From contig CAMTPC010000004.1 in NCBI GenBank assembly GCA_947074295.1, forward strand, positions 3 through 64,002: 64,000 nucleotides of DNA, given 5' to 3'. Below are positions 27,719 through 38,017 of the stretch, one piece after another. Source of the DNA: an uncultured Bacteroides sp. (lineage in GTDB: Bacteria; Bacteroidota; Bacteroidia; Bacteroidales; Bacteroidaceae). The notes beneath the pieces were generated by a model. That model made no database searches. It was not told the DNA's origin and worked only from the letters and a program-made list of their open reading frames with translations. How positions within the stretch are numbered: position 1 is the first letter of the stretch; each line of letters starts with the position of its first letter. The translations under genes were made by a program, and so were the position numbers.

Positions 27719-28866
27719 GACTATACGATGAACTGCAACAAGAGTTAGATACCTTAAAACAAAAGGGTAATCTACGCCGTCTATCCGACATGATACATGA
27801 TGGAAAGATGATTTGCGCCAATGGTCAAGAGATGCTGAATCTTTCATCGAATGACTATCTAGGGCTAGCCACACGCCAAGATTTGCGCGAAGCATTCAAT
27901 AAGGAGCAATCGGGTAAAGGTGAATTATTTACTAGCTCTTCGAGTAGGCTATTAACGGGTAATTTCGCCATTTATGGAGTAGTTGAACAGCGTTTGCGTG
28001 AGCTTTTTGGTGCAGAAAATGCATTGGTCTTCAACAGCGGATACCATGCTAATACGGGAATCTTACCCGCGATATGCACTTCAGACACTTTGATACTTGC
28101 TGATAAATTGGTTCATGCCAGTATCATTGATGGGATTCGTCTTTCATCGGCCAAATACATTCGCTATCGCCACAATGACTATGGACAGTTAGAAAAACTT
28201 CTGGAAAAACATCAAGGAGAGTTCAATCATATCATCATCGCAACGGAGAGCATCTTTAGCATGGATGGGGATGAGGCGGATTTAAAGAGGTTGGTAGCAT
28301 TGAAAAAGCAATACGACAATGTCTATCTCTACGTAGATGAGGCTCATGCATTCGGGGTTAGAGGGAGGAAAGGACTTGGACTTGCCGAAGAACTGGATTG
28401 CATTCACGATATAGATTTCTTGGTAGGCACATTCGGAAAAGCGCTGGCTTCGATGGGCGCATATATTGTGTGCCGGGAAGTGGTGCGCGAGTATCTGATC
28501 AATCGGATGCGTACGCTGATCTTCACCACTGCATTGCCACCCATATGCCTAGCTTGGACTGATTTTTTACTGCAACATCTACCTAGCTTTACAGCAGAAC
28601 GGAAACAGCTACAAGTATTGAGCCGGTTATTGAAACAGTTGATAGAGGATAAGGGATTTGTTTGTCCATCGACCAGCCATATTATTCCACTCATCATCGG
28701 GCAAAGCAGTGAAGCTATCCTAAAAGCTGAGCAGTTGCAGAAACATGGCTTCTATGCACTTCCTGTACGCCCACCCACAGTACCTGAAGGTACTTCTCGA
28801 CTACGTTTTTCACTAAGTGCTGCTTTCACTGTGGAAGAGCTTGAACCTTTAAGAAGTTTATTATGA
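27715..28866 (+). CDS. bioF: 8-amino-7-oxononanoate synthase
   Basis: [44 protein letters not shown]; ATGA overlap. Confidence 0.95.
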   Translation: MRLYDELQQELDTLKQKGNLRRLSDMIHDGKMICANGQEMLNLSSNDYLGLATRQDLREAFNKEQSGKGELFTSSSSRLLTGNFAIYGVVEQRLRELFGAENALVFNSGYHANTGILPAICTSDTLILADKLVHASIIDGIRLSSAKYIRYRHNDYGQLEKLLEKHQGEFNHIIIATESIFSMDGDEADLKRLVALKKQYDNVYLYVDEAHAFGVRGRKGLGLAEELDCIHDIDFLVGTFGKALASMGAYIVCREVVREYLINRMRTLIFTTALPPICLAWTDFLLQHLPSFTAERKQLQVLSRLLKQLIEDKGFVCPSTSHIIPLIIGQSSEAILKAEQLQKHGFYALPVRPPTVPEGTSRLRFSLSAAFTVEELEPLRSLL

Positions 28867-29516
28867 AGTATCACTATATCACTAATGAAAATCGTCCTAG
28901 TCTGACACTCTTCTTTGCGGGTTGGGGAATGGATCAACATCCTTTCGAACAATACCAAAGCAAGGATAGCGATATGATTATCGTTTATGATTATCGCTCG
29001 CTAGAGTTGGATGAATCAATATTGAAGAAATACGATAAGATATATCTAGTGGCTTGGTCTATGGGAGTTTGGGCGGCTACTCAATGTCAATTTCTTGCAT
29101 CGCTCCCTATCAAAAGGAATGTGGCAATAAATGGAACACCTTGGCCTGTGGATGATGTTTATGGTATTCCAGAAGCGATCTTCAAAGGCACGTTGGCAGG
29201 ACTGAGAGAGGCAACATTGCGTAAGTTCCAATTAAGGATGTGTGGCAAAGGCGATGTATTTCGTCAGTTTCAAGCGGTGACACCACAACGCTCGGTGGAG
29301 GAATTAAAAGAAGAATTGGCTGCTATTGGTGAGGTTTGTAAGGTGTCTCCGATTTCGAATTTTCGCTGGGATGAAGCCTATATTGGTGAAAATGACTTGA
29401 TTTTTCCTGCCAACAACCAGAAAGCTGCATGGGAGAAAGCGGGCGTAGAAACAAAAACAGGAGATGCAGCGCACTATGATGTTGCTGTGTTTAAACACTA
29501 TTTAAATAGCATTTAA
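28863..29516 (+). CDS. bioG: Pimeloyl-ACP methyl ester esterase, BioG (DUF452) family
   Basis: FFAGWGMD, AWSMGV nucleophile, AINGT..P, D.IFP..NQ, HY; between bioF and bioC. Confidence 0.88.
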   Translation: MKYHYITNENRPSLTLFFAGWGMDQHPFEQYQSKDSDMIIVYDYRSLELDESILKKYDKIYLVAWSMGVWAATQCQFLASLPIKRNVAINGTPWPVDDVYGIPEAIFKGTLAGLREATLRKFQLRMCGKGDVFRQFQAVTPQRSVEELKEELAAIGEVCKVSPISNFRWDEAYIGENDLIFPANNQKAAWEKAGVETKTGDAAHYDVAVFKHYLNSI

Positions 29517-30293
29517 ATGGGAAATACAACCATGAATAAAACACTGATTACAGAAAGGTTTACCAAGGCAGCACATACCTATGGGCATGAGGCTGAAGCT
29601 CAAAAAAGGATAGCCGAGCACATGGCGGCTCTTCTGGGCTCACATCTGCATAATTTCTGGCCGAATAGAATTGCTGAATTTGGATGTGGCACAGGGAATT
29701 ATTCCAGACTACTCTTTAAACAATACTTCCCAAAGGAGATGTTGATGAATGATATATGTGGGGAGATGCGCCACTGCTGCAAGGAATTATTGGAAAAGGG
29801 CGCACAATTTGAAGTAGGAGACGCTGAGCACTTTTGCTTCCCAAAAGAGTGTGATTTAATCACTTCTTGCTCCACCTTACAGTGGTTTGATAATCCCAGT
29901 GTTTTTTTCGGACATTGTAGCCAATATCTTGGGCAACAAGGATATCTAGCTTTCAGCACTTTTGGTCTCGACAACATGAAGGAGGTGCGACAAATTGCGG
30001 GGTATGGTCTACCCTATCGTTCGTTGAGCGAACTGATTGAAGGGCTTCAACCCTACTACGAGATCGTACATGCCGAGGAGCAAGTATTAACCTATCATTT
30101 CGACCATCCTATGTCAGTGCTACGCCACCTCAAACAAACGGGAGTGACTGGCATCACGTCACAACAATGGACACGCGGCCGACTCAATGACTTCTGTGAT
30201 GCCTATCAACTTCAATTTAAGAGTAGTAAAGGTGTGTCACTGACTTATCACCCCTTATACATCATCGCTAAAAAGAAAAATCATGAAGAATAA
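29517..30293 (+). CDS. bioC: Malonyl-ACP O-methyltransferase
   Basis: RF..A..TY...A..Q, EFGCGTG SAM motif, LQW, LKQTGV, LTYHP. Confidence 0.92.
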   Translation: MGNTTMNKTLITERFTKAAHTYGHEAEAQKRIAEHMAALLGSHLHNFWPNRIAEFGCGTGNYSRLLFKQYFPKEMLMNDICGEMRHCCKELLEKGAQFEVGDAEHFCFPKECDLITSCSTLQWFDNPSVFFGHCSQYLGQQGYLAFSTFGLDNMKEVRQIAGYGLPYRSLSELIEGLQPYYEIVHAEEQVLTYHFDHPMSVLRHLKQTGVTGITSQQWTRGRLNDFCDAYQLQFKSSKGVSLTYHPLYIIAKKKNHEE

Positions 30294-30927
30294 TATAATA
30301 TTTGTCAGTGGTATCGATACTGACGCAGGTAAAAGTTATGCCACTGGTTATATCGCCAAACAGTGGCTGAATGAAGGCAGACACATTATCACACAAAAAC
30401 TGATTCAGACGGGTAATATGGGACGATCGGAAGATATAGAATTGCATCGCAAAATCATGGATTTGCCATTATTGGAAGAGGATCTTTCTGGTGTCACCAT
30501 GCCTCAGATCTTCTCTTATCCTGCATCTCCCCACTTGGCAGCACGAATCGATGGAAAAAACATCGATTTTAAAAAGATAGATGAGGCGTCGCAAATACTC
30601 TCTGAGAAATATGACACAGTATTACTAGAAGGTGCAGGTGGTTTGATGGTGCCACTTACAGAAGATTATCTTACCATTGACTATATTGCCGAAAGAAACT
30701 ATCCTATCCTATTTGTCACATCGGGAAAATTGGGCAGCATTAACCATACTCTTTTGAGCCTAGAAGCCATAAAAAAAAGAGGTCTTACACTACACACGGT
30801 AGCGTATAACCTCTTTCCAACTGTGTCGGATACAACAATCCAACAAGATACAATGCAATTCATCAAGAACTATTTAGCCAAACACTTTCCGGAAACTGAC
30901 TTTGTGATAGTGCCGGAGTTGACTTAA
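30283..30927 (+). CDS. bioD: Dethiobiotin synthetase
   Basis: GIDTDAGKS P-loop, SPHLAA, EGAGG..VP, LGSINHTLL. Confidence 0.95.
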   Translation: MKNNIIFVSGIDTDAGKSYATGYIAKQWLNEGRHIITQKLIQTGNMGRSEDIELHRKIMDLPLLEEDLSGVTMPQIFSYPASPHLAARIDGKNIDFKKIDEASQILSEKYDTVLLEGAGGLMVPLTEDYLTIDYIAERNYPILFVTSGKLGSINHTLLSLEAIKKRGLTLHTVAYNLFPTVSDTTIQQDTMQFIKNYLAKHFPETDFVIVPELT

Positions 30928-30930
30928 ATC

Positions 30931-32310
30931 CTAGGCCAACATCTCTACTCCACTCTTGACTTTTCTTTTGTCCAACCAATATATAATCAGCACACAAAGG
31001 AAAGTCATAAGTTCGGAAATGGGTACTGCCAGCCATACACCTGCATCACCCCACCATAAAGGAAGTACTACAAAGCAAAGCAGCATGAATATGAAACCAC
31101 GCAATACGGTAATAATGGTAGCATTGCGGATGCGCTCAATACTCTGGAAATAACCTATCGAAATGATGTTCACTGCAAATGGAATAAAGCCCAATGCAAA
31201 TAACGGAAATCCTTTTGTGGCAATAGCATGCGCGGGCTCTGTTGAACTAATAAACATCGAAACGATATAAGAATCAAAGCAAATAGTCAATAAAATGAGA
31301 CTTGTGCCAAAGATTAAAGCTGTTTGTAAGGCTACACGGAAAGTGTGATTAACTCTACTCAGATCATTAGCACCATAATTATAGCTTATGATAGGCTGAG
31401 CTGACTGAGCTATTGAATTATACATCATAAAGATGATAGGAAAGAAATAGCAAGCTATGCTGAATGCTGCGACGCCTTCTTCACCCATATAGGCCATAAA
31501 TACATAGTTGCCACAGAGCATCATAGAGGCAATGGCCAACTCACAGAGAAATGACGAAAAACCAAGGTTGCACATGTAAATCGTGTTTCGCCAAGTCAAT
31601 CGCATACTGTTGCGACTCATCTTGATACGCACAAAATGCAACTTGCTACTACGCTTGAAAAGGAAACAAAGCATCATCACTACACCAATAATAGTGCCTA
31701 CACCCGTAGCTAAAGCCGCACCAAAGATGCCCCAGTCGAAAACGAATATCCAAAGATAGTCCAATATGATGTTGATGACAGCAGCCACTATAGAGCAAAT
31801 CATAGCAAAACGTGGTGCACCACTAAGACGCACAAAGAAGCCCGATGAAACGATCAAAGCATTGGTCGTGAGGAAAGGTACAAACCCGTAAATATAGTCA
31901 CGTCCCAACTCCATCAACCGCTCAGAACATCCAAAAAGAACTAGTACTTGATCTGTAAAAATCAGAACTAATGCCGAACATATCAATAGAAATAATGAGG
32001 ATATAGAGAGCGCTTGCGTCATATTGATACGAGCAGCTTTATCTTTACCCGTTGATAAATGGATAGAGGCAACAATAGAAGCACCCATACCAAACATCAA
32101 ACCGATTCCTGTAGAAAACAAGAAAAGAGGTGCAGTGATATTAATGGCAGCCAAAGCATCACTGCCTAAACCATGCCCTACAAAAATGCCATCTGTAATA
32201 ATGAATACGGCATTGAACAACATACCCAAAAGTGTGGGATACAACATTTTGCGAAATAATGAAGGGATATTTTCGCACCCAAAATCAATCTTATCTTTCA
32301 ACTCTTTCAT
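30931..32310 (-). CDS. MATE family efflux transporter (MepA-like)
   Basis: DGIFVG..LG..ALAA, NIILDY.F..GI.GAALAT, QPIISYNYGA; start set at ATG 32310, downstream of the promoter. Confidence 0.9.
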   Translation of the reverse strand: MKELKDKIDFGCENIPSLFRKMLYPTLLGMLFNAVFIITDGIFVGHGLGSDALAAINITAPLFLFSTGIGLMFGMGASIVASIHLSTGKDKAARINMTQALSISSLFLLICSALVLIFTDQVLVLFGCSERLMELGRDYIYGFVPFLTTNALIVSSGFFVRLSGAPRFAMICSIVAAVINIILDYLWIFVFDWGIFGAALATGVGTIIGVVMMLCFLFKRSSKLHFVRIKMSRNSMRLTWRNTIYMCNLGFSSFLCELAIASMMLCGNYVFMAYMGEEGVAAFSIACYFFPIIFMMYNSIAQSAQPIISYNYGANDLSRVNHTFRVALQTALIFGTSLILLTICFDSYIVSMFISSTEPAHAIATKGFPLFALGFIPFAVNIISIGYFQSIERIRNATIITVLRGFIFMLLCFVVLPLWWGDAGVWLAVPISELMTFLCVLIIYWLDKRKVKSGVEMLA

Positions 32311-32340
32311 AACCTTTATCCTAATATTGAAAACTGCGTG

Positions 32341-32386
32341 CAAAGGTAGAGGTAGTTGATGGCATAAAAATTACCAAATGGTAATT
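32341..32386 (-). promoter_or_regulatory. MATE promoter: -7 box TACCTTTG plus palindrome AATTACCA-N2-TGGTAATT (candidate site for the adjacent Crp-family regulator)
   Basis: -7 box 32341-32348; perfect 8-bp inverted repeat 32369-32386. Confidence 0.65.
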
Positions 32387-32479
32387 AAATCAAAATTTCT
32401 CTACTAAAGAACGCCACATCTATGTATCTTTGCAAAAAATGCAACTGCTTAAATAAGCAAACATAGTGTAATTACATAG

Positions 32480-33061
32480 ATGGAATCATTCAAAGATAAA
32501 CTTTGCAAAGAATATGCCTTGACTGTAGAGCAAGCTGACCTGCTAATCTCGGAAATGAATCAAATGGACTTCAAGAAAGGAGATTATGTGGTACGCGAAG
32601 GCGAACGCAACACCAACTTTTATATTCTAAAAAGTGGCGTTTGGCGAAGCTTCAGAATGAATGATGGAGAAGAGATGACCTTATGGTTTGCCTCAAAAGG
32701 AGATTGTGTATTTGCCATCTGGGGCTATACCAATGACAATGTTTCACAAACCACTATAGAGATTGAAGCGGATAGTAGTGCATTAGTTATTTCCAAAAGT
32801 AGAATTGATGAACTATGTCACCAATCTATTGAGATGGCCAATCTGATACGGACAATATTTGAGAATCATGCACTGTGGGCAGAGAACTTCCTAATTTTCT
32901 TCGCCGATCATGTAAGCGCTCAACAACGTTATCAAGCCATTATGCAAAAGAGCCCAGAACTGTTACAACAGGTTTCACTAAAGAAATTAGCTTCCTATCT
33001 CTATGTCACTCCACAATCCTTGAGCCGCATACGCGCTGGAATGAAGAAATCTAAAGAGTAG
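32480..33061 (+). CDS. Crp/Fnr family transcriptional regulator
   Basis: cNMP-binding barrel (KKGDYVVREG, G.E.T.WF), C-terminal HTH LASYLYVTPQSLSRIR. Confidence 0.9.
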   Translation: MESFKDKLCKEYALTVEQADLLISEMNQMDFKKGDYVVREGERNTNFYILKSGVWRSFRMNDGEEMTLWFASKGDCVFAIWGYTNDNVSQTTIEIEADSSALVISKSRIDELCHQSIEMANLIRTIFENHALWAENFLIFFADHVSAQQRYQAIMQKSPELLQQVSLKKLASYLYVTPQSLSRIRAGMKKSKE

Positions 33062-33126
33062 AAAAGAGTATTTGTAATCATTCAGAACTATTTAATAACT
33101 TTTATGTTTATTATATATAAGCTAGA

Positions 33127-34188
33127 ATGAACATACACATGGATACTTTCAAAGAAAAATACTGGAAATACTCTTTAATCACCATTGTCATAGTCTTAGG
33201 TGTTATCTTACTTAAGGAAGTAACTCCTTATTTAGGTGGTTTACTTGGTGCTATCACACTTTATATTTTAGTGCGCAAACGCATGATTAAACTCACTACT
33301 GTGAAGAAAATGAAACGAGGAAAGGCAGCGGCAATCATCACTTTCGGCGTTATCTTTTTTTGCTTGATACCATTAGCTGGATTTATATGGTTAGTAATAT
33401 CGCAAATGGGTAAGATCAATATAAGTCCTGGATCCATCGTTGATTTATTAGATAAAGTTGAGTCCTTCATCAAAATTAAAACAGGCTTTGATATATTCGG
33501 AAGTGATAGCATTTCATATGTTGTATCGGCTGTACCAGAAGTTGTACAAGCCATTATGGGAGAAATTAGTACCTTTACCATCGATATGTTCGTAATCATC
33601 TTTGTGCTCTACTTTATGTTGATAGGTGGTAATAAAATGGAGCAATATATCAAAGATATTCTCCCGTTTAATGACGTCAATACACAGCATGTTTGTCATG
33701 AAGTAGATCTCATCGTTAGATCCAATGCCATTGGCATACCAGTCATTGCCATAATTCAGGGAACTATTGCAACAGTAGGTTATTTAATATTCGGAGTGCA
33801 CGATGTGATTCTAGTAGGTATTCTAACATGCTTTGCCACAGTGATTCCAGTAGTAGGAACCGCATTAGTTTGGGTGCCGGTAGCTATAATACTTGCTATA
33901 AAAGGACATTGGTTTGGTGCCGTAGGTATTATGGCATATGGTGTTTTGGTAGTGGCACAAAGCGACAACCTCACCCGTTTCATCCTCCAAAAGAAAATGG
34001 CAGACATACACCCCCTTATCACTATATTCGGTGTGGTTATCGGTATATCCATGTTTGGCTTCATGGGGGTGATTTTCGGGCCACTTATCCTTTCGCTGTT
34101 TGTGCTATTTGTCAATATGTTCAAACAAGAATATTTGGATGCACCACCAAATAATTCGGAAGATAGTGCGCCTAATCAGGAAGAATAG
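33127..34188 (+). CDS. AI-2E family transporter
   Basis: IPVVGTALVWVP, DNL.R, HPLITIFGV..G...FG..GVIFGP. Confidence 0.9.
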   Translation: MNIHMDTFKEKYWKYSLITIVIVLGVILLKEVTPYLGGLLGAITLYILVRKRMIKLTTVKKMKRGKAAAIITFGVIFFCLIPLAGFIWLVISQMGKINISPGSIVDLLDKVESFIKIKTGFDIFGSDSISYVVSAVPEVVQAIMGEISTFTIDMFVIIFVLYFMLIGGNKMEQYIKDILPFNDVNTQHVCHEVDLIVRSNAIGIPVIAIIQGTIATVGYLIFGVHDVILVGILTCFATVIPVVGTALVWVPVAIILAIKGHWFGAVGIMAYGVLVVAQSDNLTRFILQKKMADIHPLITIFGVVIGISMFGFMGVIFGPLILSLFVLFVNMFKQEYLDAPPNNSEDSAPNQEE

Positions 34189-34223
34189 ACTAATTTTGCG
34201 CCATATATACTTTGACACATCTC

Positions 34224-35375
34224 ATGGAAACCATCATTCTTGCCGCTATAGCCGGACTATTATTTTGCATACAATTGCTGTATTTATTTATAATCTATAA
34301 TGGTATTTACAGAAAACACAAAAAGGCTCAATCAAACAAATTGGAATATGCAAATGAACTGCCATCAGTATCTATTATTATAAGTGCTCACAACCAAGGT
34401 GAATATCTTCAAAATAATCTGCCAGCTATATTGACACAGGATTATCCCAATTACGAAGTTATCGTTATTAATGATGATTCGACTGACGAAACCAAAGAAA
34501 TACTTACTTTACTAGAACAAGAGCATCCTCATTTATATCACAGTTTCACCTCACAGAGCGCACGCTATATCAGCCACAAAAAACTATCACTAACATTAGG
34601 GATAAAGGCGGCAAAAAATGATTGTTTAGTATTCACTGAACCCTATTGCTGTCCAAAGAGCAATCAATGGCTTAGATTAATGGCGCGCAATTTCACACCA
34701 GACACCGATATAGTATTGGGGTATAGCAATTATATATCGAATCAAAAGAATCGACAGCGATTTATTTCATTCGATACATTAATCACAGCGATGCGCTACA
34801 TGGGTTACGCAGTTTTGGGAAAGCCATACATGGGTGTAGGCTATAATATGGCATATAGAAAGAGTCTATTCTTAAAGAATAAAGGGTTTGCATCTCATCT
34901 AAATTTGCTACGTGGCGAGGATCAATTGTTTGTCAACAAGTATGCTACTGCTACTAATACAAAAATTGAAATTGATGCAAACGCAACCGTATATATAGAG
35001 ACTTTCGATGATAACAGAGATTGGCGAGATACCAAGATGAATTCTATCGTAAACAAGAAGAGTTTTAAATCGACACAAAAGTTTAATTTTGCACTAGAGA
35101 GTATATTAATTGGTTTATTCTACTCAGTCAATATAGTGGGAGTAGTATTTTGTATTATCTTCAAAACATGGTTTATACTACCTCTATTTTTGTTATTAAT
35201 GCTGTTATATCTATTCTGCCAAGGTACTGTCATCAATATTACAGCTAAAGCCCTGGGAGACGAACAACGCTATTACCTTCTAATACCACTGTTCGATATT
35301 ATCCGGCCGATACGAACTCTTTATTTAAAGCTAAAACTAATCTTCATGAATAAGAAAGAATACATGCGCAACTAA
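34224..35375 (+). CDS. Glycosyltransferase family 2 (membrane-anchored)
   Basis: SVSIII.AHN, QDYP.YEVIVINDDSTD, KKL.LTLGIK, G.NMAYRK; C-terminal TMs. Confidence 0.88.
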   Translation: METIILAAIAGLLFCIQLLYLFIIYNGIYRKHKKAQSNKLEYANELPSVSIIISAHNQGEYLQNNLPAILTQDYPNYEVIVINDDSTDETKEILTLLEQEHPHLYHSFTSQSARYISHKKLSLTLGIKAAKNDCLVFTEPYCCPKSNQWLRLMARNFTPDTDIVLGYSNYISNQKNRQRFISFDTLITAMRYMGYAVLGKPYMGVGYNMAYRKSLFLKNKGFASHLNLLRGEDQLFVNKYATATNTKIEIDANATVYIETFDDNRDWRDTKMNSIVNKKSFKSTQKFNFALESILIGLFYSVNIVGVVFCIIFKTWFILPLFLLLMLLYLFCQGTVINITAKALGDEQRYYLLIPLFDIIRPIRTLYLKLKLIFMNKKEYMRN

Positions 35376-35382
35376 TAAAACA

Positions 35383-36627
35383 TTATTCATAACGCATTGA
35401 ACTTGCTGGATGTATTCGTGAAATTAAGAATGAAGGACCGACAAGCATCAGAATAGAAGCACCTAGCGTTGCTATATTGATAAGCAGTATTACAGGGATA
35501 TTTATACCAATTGGAACAGATTCGATATAATAGTTGGAGGGATCGAGTGCAAAGACTTGGAATTTAGATTGAAGAAAACAGAACAGTAAACCTACAGCAT
35601 TTCCCCATAGCATTCCTTTGCCAATAAGAAAAACCGAAAACCATAAGAATACCTTTCGTATCGTGAAATTGTTGGCACCTAAAGCCTTGAGTATGCCAAT
35701 CATATTAGTTCTCTCTATGATAATAATCAGCAAACCTGAAATCATAGTAAAACCCGCTACACCCGTCATCAATATCAGAATGACAATCACATTTAGATCC
35801 AAAAGACTCAGCCACTCAAATATCTGAGGATTCATCTCTTCTATGTTCTGAACGAAGTAGTTACCTCCATATTTGTCTATGCGATTATCGACTTGCTCGG
35901 CAATCAATTCGGTAGCCTCTTCTAATTTATTATAATCTCTCAACTGTATCTCTACTCCACTTACTTGTCCTGGTTCCCAGTTGTTAAGGCGATTGGCCGT
36001 ATAGATATCAGTAAGCAAAAAAAGGTTATCATATTCTGAGAAGTTCGTTTGGTATATACCTTTAATAGTCATGGGACGTACTCGCACATTATCCTGGATG
36101 AAATAAGCAAACACCCTATCTCCTAATTTCAACCGAAGCTTATCAGCGATAGGCTTAGAAATGACAACTTCATTGGAAGCTATGGTGTCACTGAATAGAG
36201 GTATTTCCCCTTCGATAAGGTGAGATTCAAAGAAGGAACGATCATACTCGGGGCCAATTCCTTTGAGGACCATGCCTTGAAAAGCATCGTCCGTTTTGAT
36301 GATACCAGGTTTTGTGGTATAACGCTGTACATGCTTCACCAAGTCTTGTGCAGTCAACACTTTGCGAAGACTATCTTCCACCAATATAGGTCGCGTTTCG
36401 AAAGAGCGTAAAGCATCGAAGTTGGTTATTTGTATGTCTGCACCAAACCCTGTCACTTTATTGGTAACTTCTCGTTTGAAGCCAATCACCACCGCTACAG
36501 TAATTATCATGATAGCCAAACCAATAGCTATACCTATTAGAGCAATAAGCACAGCAGGTCGAGATACTTGCTTACCACCATCAGTTTCGCCATAAATACG
36601 TTTGGCTAGGAAAAAAGATAAAGACAT
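35383..36627 (-). CDS. ABC transporter permease, LolC/E (FtsX-like) family
   Basis: AVVIGFK.E, MacB-type periplasmic domain, ERT.MIGILKALGA, P..S.RYE. Confidence 0.85.
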   Translation of the reverse strand: MSLSFFLAKRIYGETDGGKQVSRPAVLIALIGIAIGLAIMIITVAVVIGFKREVTNKVTGFGADIQITNFDALRSFETRPILVEDSLRKVLTAQDLVKHVQRYTTKPGIIKTDDAFQGMVLKGIGPEYDRSFFESHLIEGEIPLFSDTIASNEVVISKPIADKLRLKLGDRVFAYFIQDNVRVRPMTIKGIYQTNFSEYDNLFLLTDIYTANRLNNWEPGQVSGVEIQLRDYNKLEEATELIAEQVDNRIDKYGGNYFVQNIEEMNPQIFEWLSLLDLNVIVILILMTGVAGFTMISGLLIIIIERTNMIGILKALGANNFTIRKVFLWFSVFLIGKGMLWGNAVGLLFCFLQSKFQVFALDPSNYYIESVPIGINIPVILLINIATLGASILMLVGPSFLISRIHPASSMRYE

Positions 36628-36647
36628 ACAAAAAGAAAGGTATTATA

Positions 36648-37847
36648 TTAAATAGTCCGCCCAGGATAGGCCTCTAACGCTTTTTGAAGCACAAAGAGAG
36701 CTCGCGTCAAATCCTCCTTCTTCAACACATAAGCGATACGTACTTCATTGATACCTCCACCTGGAGTGGTATAGAAACCACTGGCGGGCGCCATAAAGAC
36801 TGTCTGGCCCTCGTATTCGAACTCAGAAAGACACCATGCACAAAACTTATCCGAATCATCCACAGGCAGTTTCGCTACGGTATAGAATGCCCCCATAGGT
36901 ATGGGCGAATAAACGCCTGGTATACGGTTCAAACCATCAATCAAGCATTTACGGCGTTCTACATATTCATCGTACGTATCGCGCAAATATTCTTCACCTG
37001 CATCCAGTGAGGCCTCAGCCGCAATCTGTCCAATTAAAGGCGGGCTAAGACGTGCTTGGCAAAACTTCATCACTGCATCACGTATTTCTTTATTCTTAGT
37101 GATCAGTGCGCCTATGCGGATACCACATTCGGAATATCTTTTCGATACAGAGTCGATAAGCACCACATTGTTTTCAATACCCTCGAGATGACAAGCCGAA
37201 ATATATGGAGAACCAGTATAGATGAATTCACGGTACACTTCGTCAGAGAATAAGAAAAGGTCATACTTCTTTACCAAATCACGAATCTGATTCATCTCAC
37301 GACGTGAATATAGATAGCCTGTAGGATTATTAGGATTACAGATTAAAATAGCCTTAGTACGTTCATTGATCAACTCCTCGAACTTCTCTACTTTAGGCAA
37401 AGAAAAACCTTCCTCAATAGTAGTTGCTATGGTGCGAATCACGGCACCTGCCGATATAGCGAAAGCCATATAATTAGCGTATGCAGGTTCGGGCACAATT
37501 ATTTCATCGCCTGGATTGAGGCAAGAAAGGAAGGAGAACAACACTGCCTCTGAGCCACCAGAAGTTATGATAATGTCTTCTGCTGTGAGATTAATATTGA
37601 ATTTCTTGTAATAACCTACCAGCTTCTCACGATAACTACGATTACCTGCACTCGGACTATATTCGAGCACACTACGGTCGATGTTGCGTATGGCATCAAT
37701 GGCTACTTGTGGTGTGGGCAAGTCTGGCTGTCCGATATTGAGATGGAACACATGCACACCACGTTGCTTGGCTGCATCAGCCAACGGTGCCAGTTTGCGT
37801 ATAGGAGAAGCCGGCATTTCATTGCCGCGTATCGATATAGTAGGCAT
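36648..37847 (-). CDS. Class I/II PLP-dependent (aspartate-type) aminotransferase
   Basis: SPIRKL, LNIGQPD, NPNNPTG, DEVY, SVSK.YS.CGIRIG; start at ATG 37847, downstream of -7 box TACATTTG (37890-37897). Confidence 0.92.
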   Translation of the reverse strand: MPTISIRGNEMPASPIRKLAPLADAAKQRGVHVFHLNIGQPDLPTPQVAIDAIRNIDRSVLEYSPSAGNRSYREKLVGYYKKFNINLTAEDIIITSGGSEAVLFSFLSCLNPGDEIIVPEPAYANYMAFAISAGAVIRTIATTIEEGFSLPKVEKFEELINERTKAILICNPNNPTGYLYSRREMNQIRDLVKKYDLFLFSDEVYREFIYTGSPYISACHLEGIENNVVLIDSVSKRYSECGIRIGALITKNKEIRDAVMKFCQARLSPPLIGQIAAEASLDAGEEYLRDTYDEYVERRKCLIDGLNRIPGVYSPIPMGAFYTVAKLPVDDSDKFCAWCLSEFEYEGQTVFMAPASGFYTTPGGGINEVRIAYVLKKEDLTRALFVLQKALEAYPGRTI

Positions 37848-38017
37848 AATAAATGATCTAAATTTATGTTCGTTAAATTTTAGTGACGACAAATGTACAC
37901 AATAAAACGCACACACATACATAAAAACTTTAAAAAGCTTATCAACGTTAAAAATCTTGGTTAATATGGAAAGATTACTATACATTTGTCAAGCAATAAA
38001 CCATTAATCATACTATT

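Noticed and set aside
37848-37985. Long N-terminal extensions in the ORF track (aminotransferase; also AspT 52708-52854, response regulator 43343-43429, AlgE-like 49532-49690, LacI 55020-55076, MATE 32311-32343)
   Set aside because: Most run through promoter boxes or terminators, and homology starts at the downstream ATG. The BioAB leader differs: it lies downstream of its promoter and looks motif-like.
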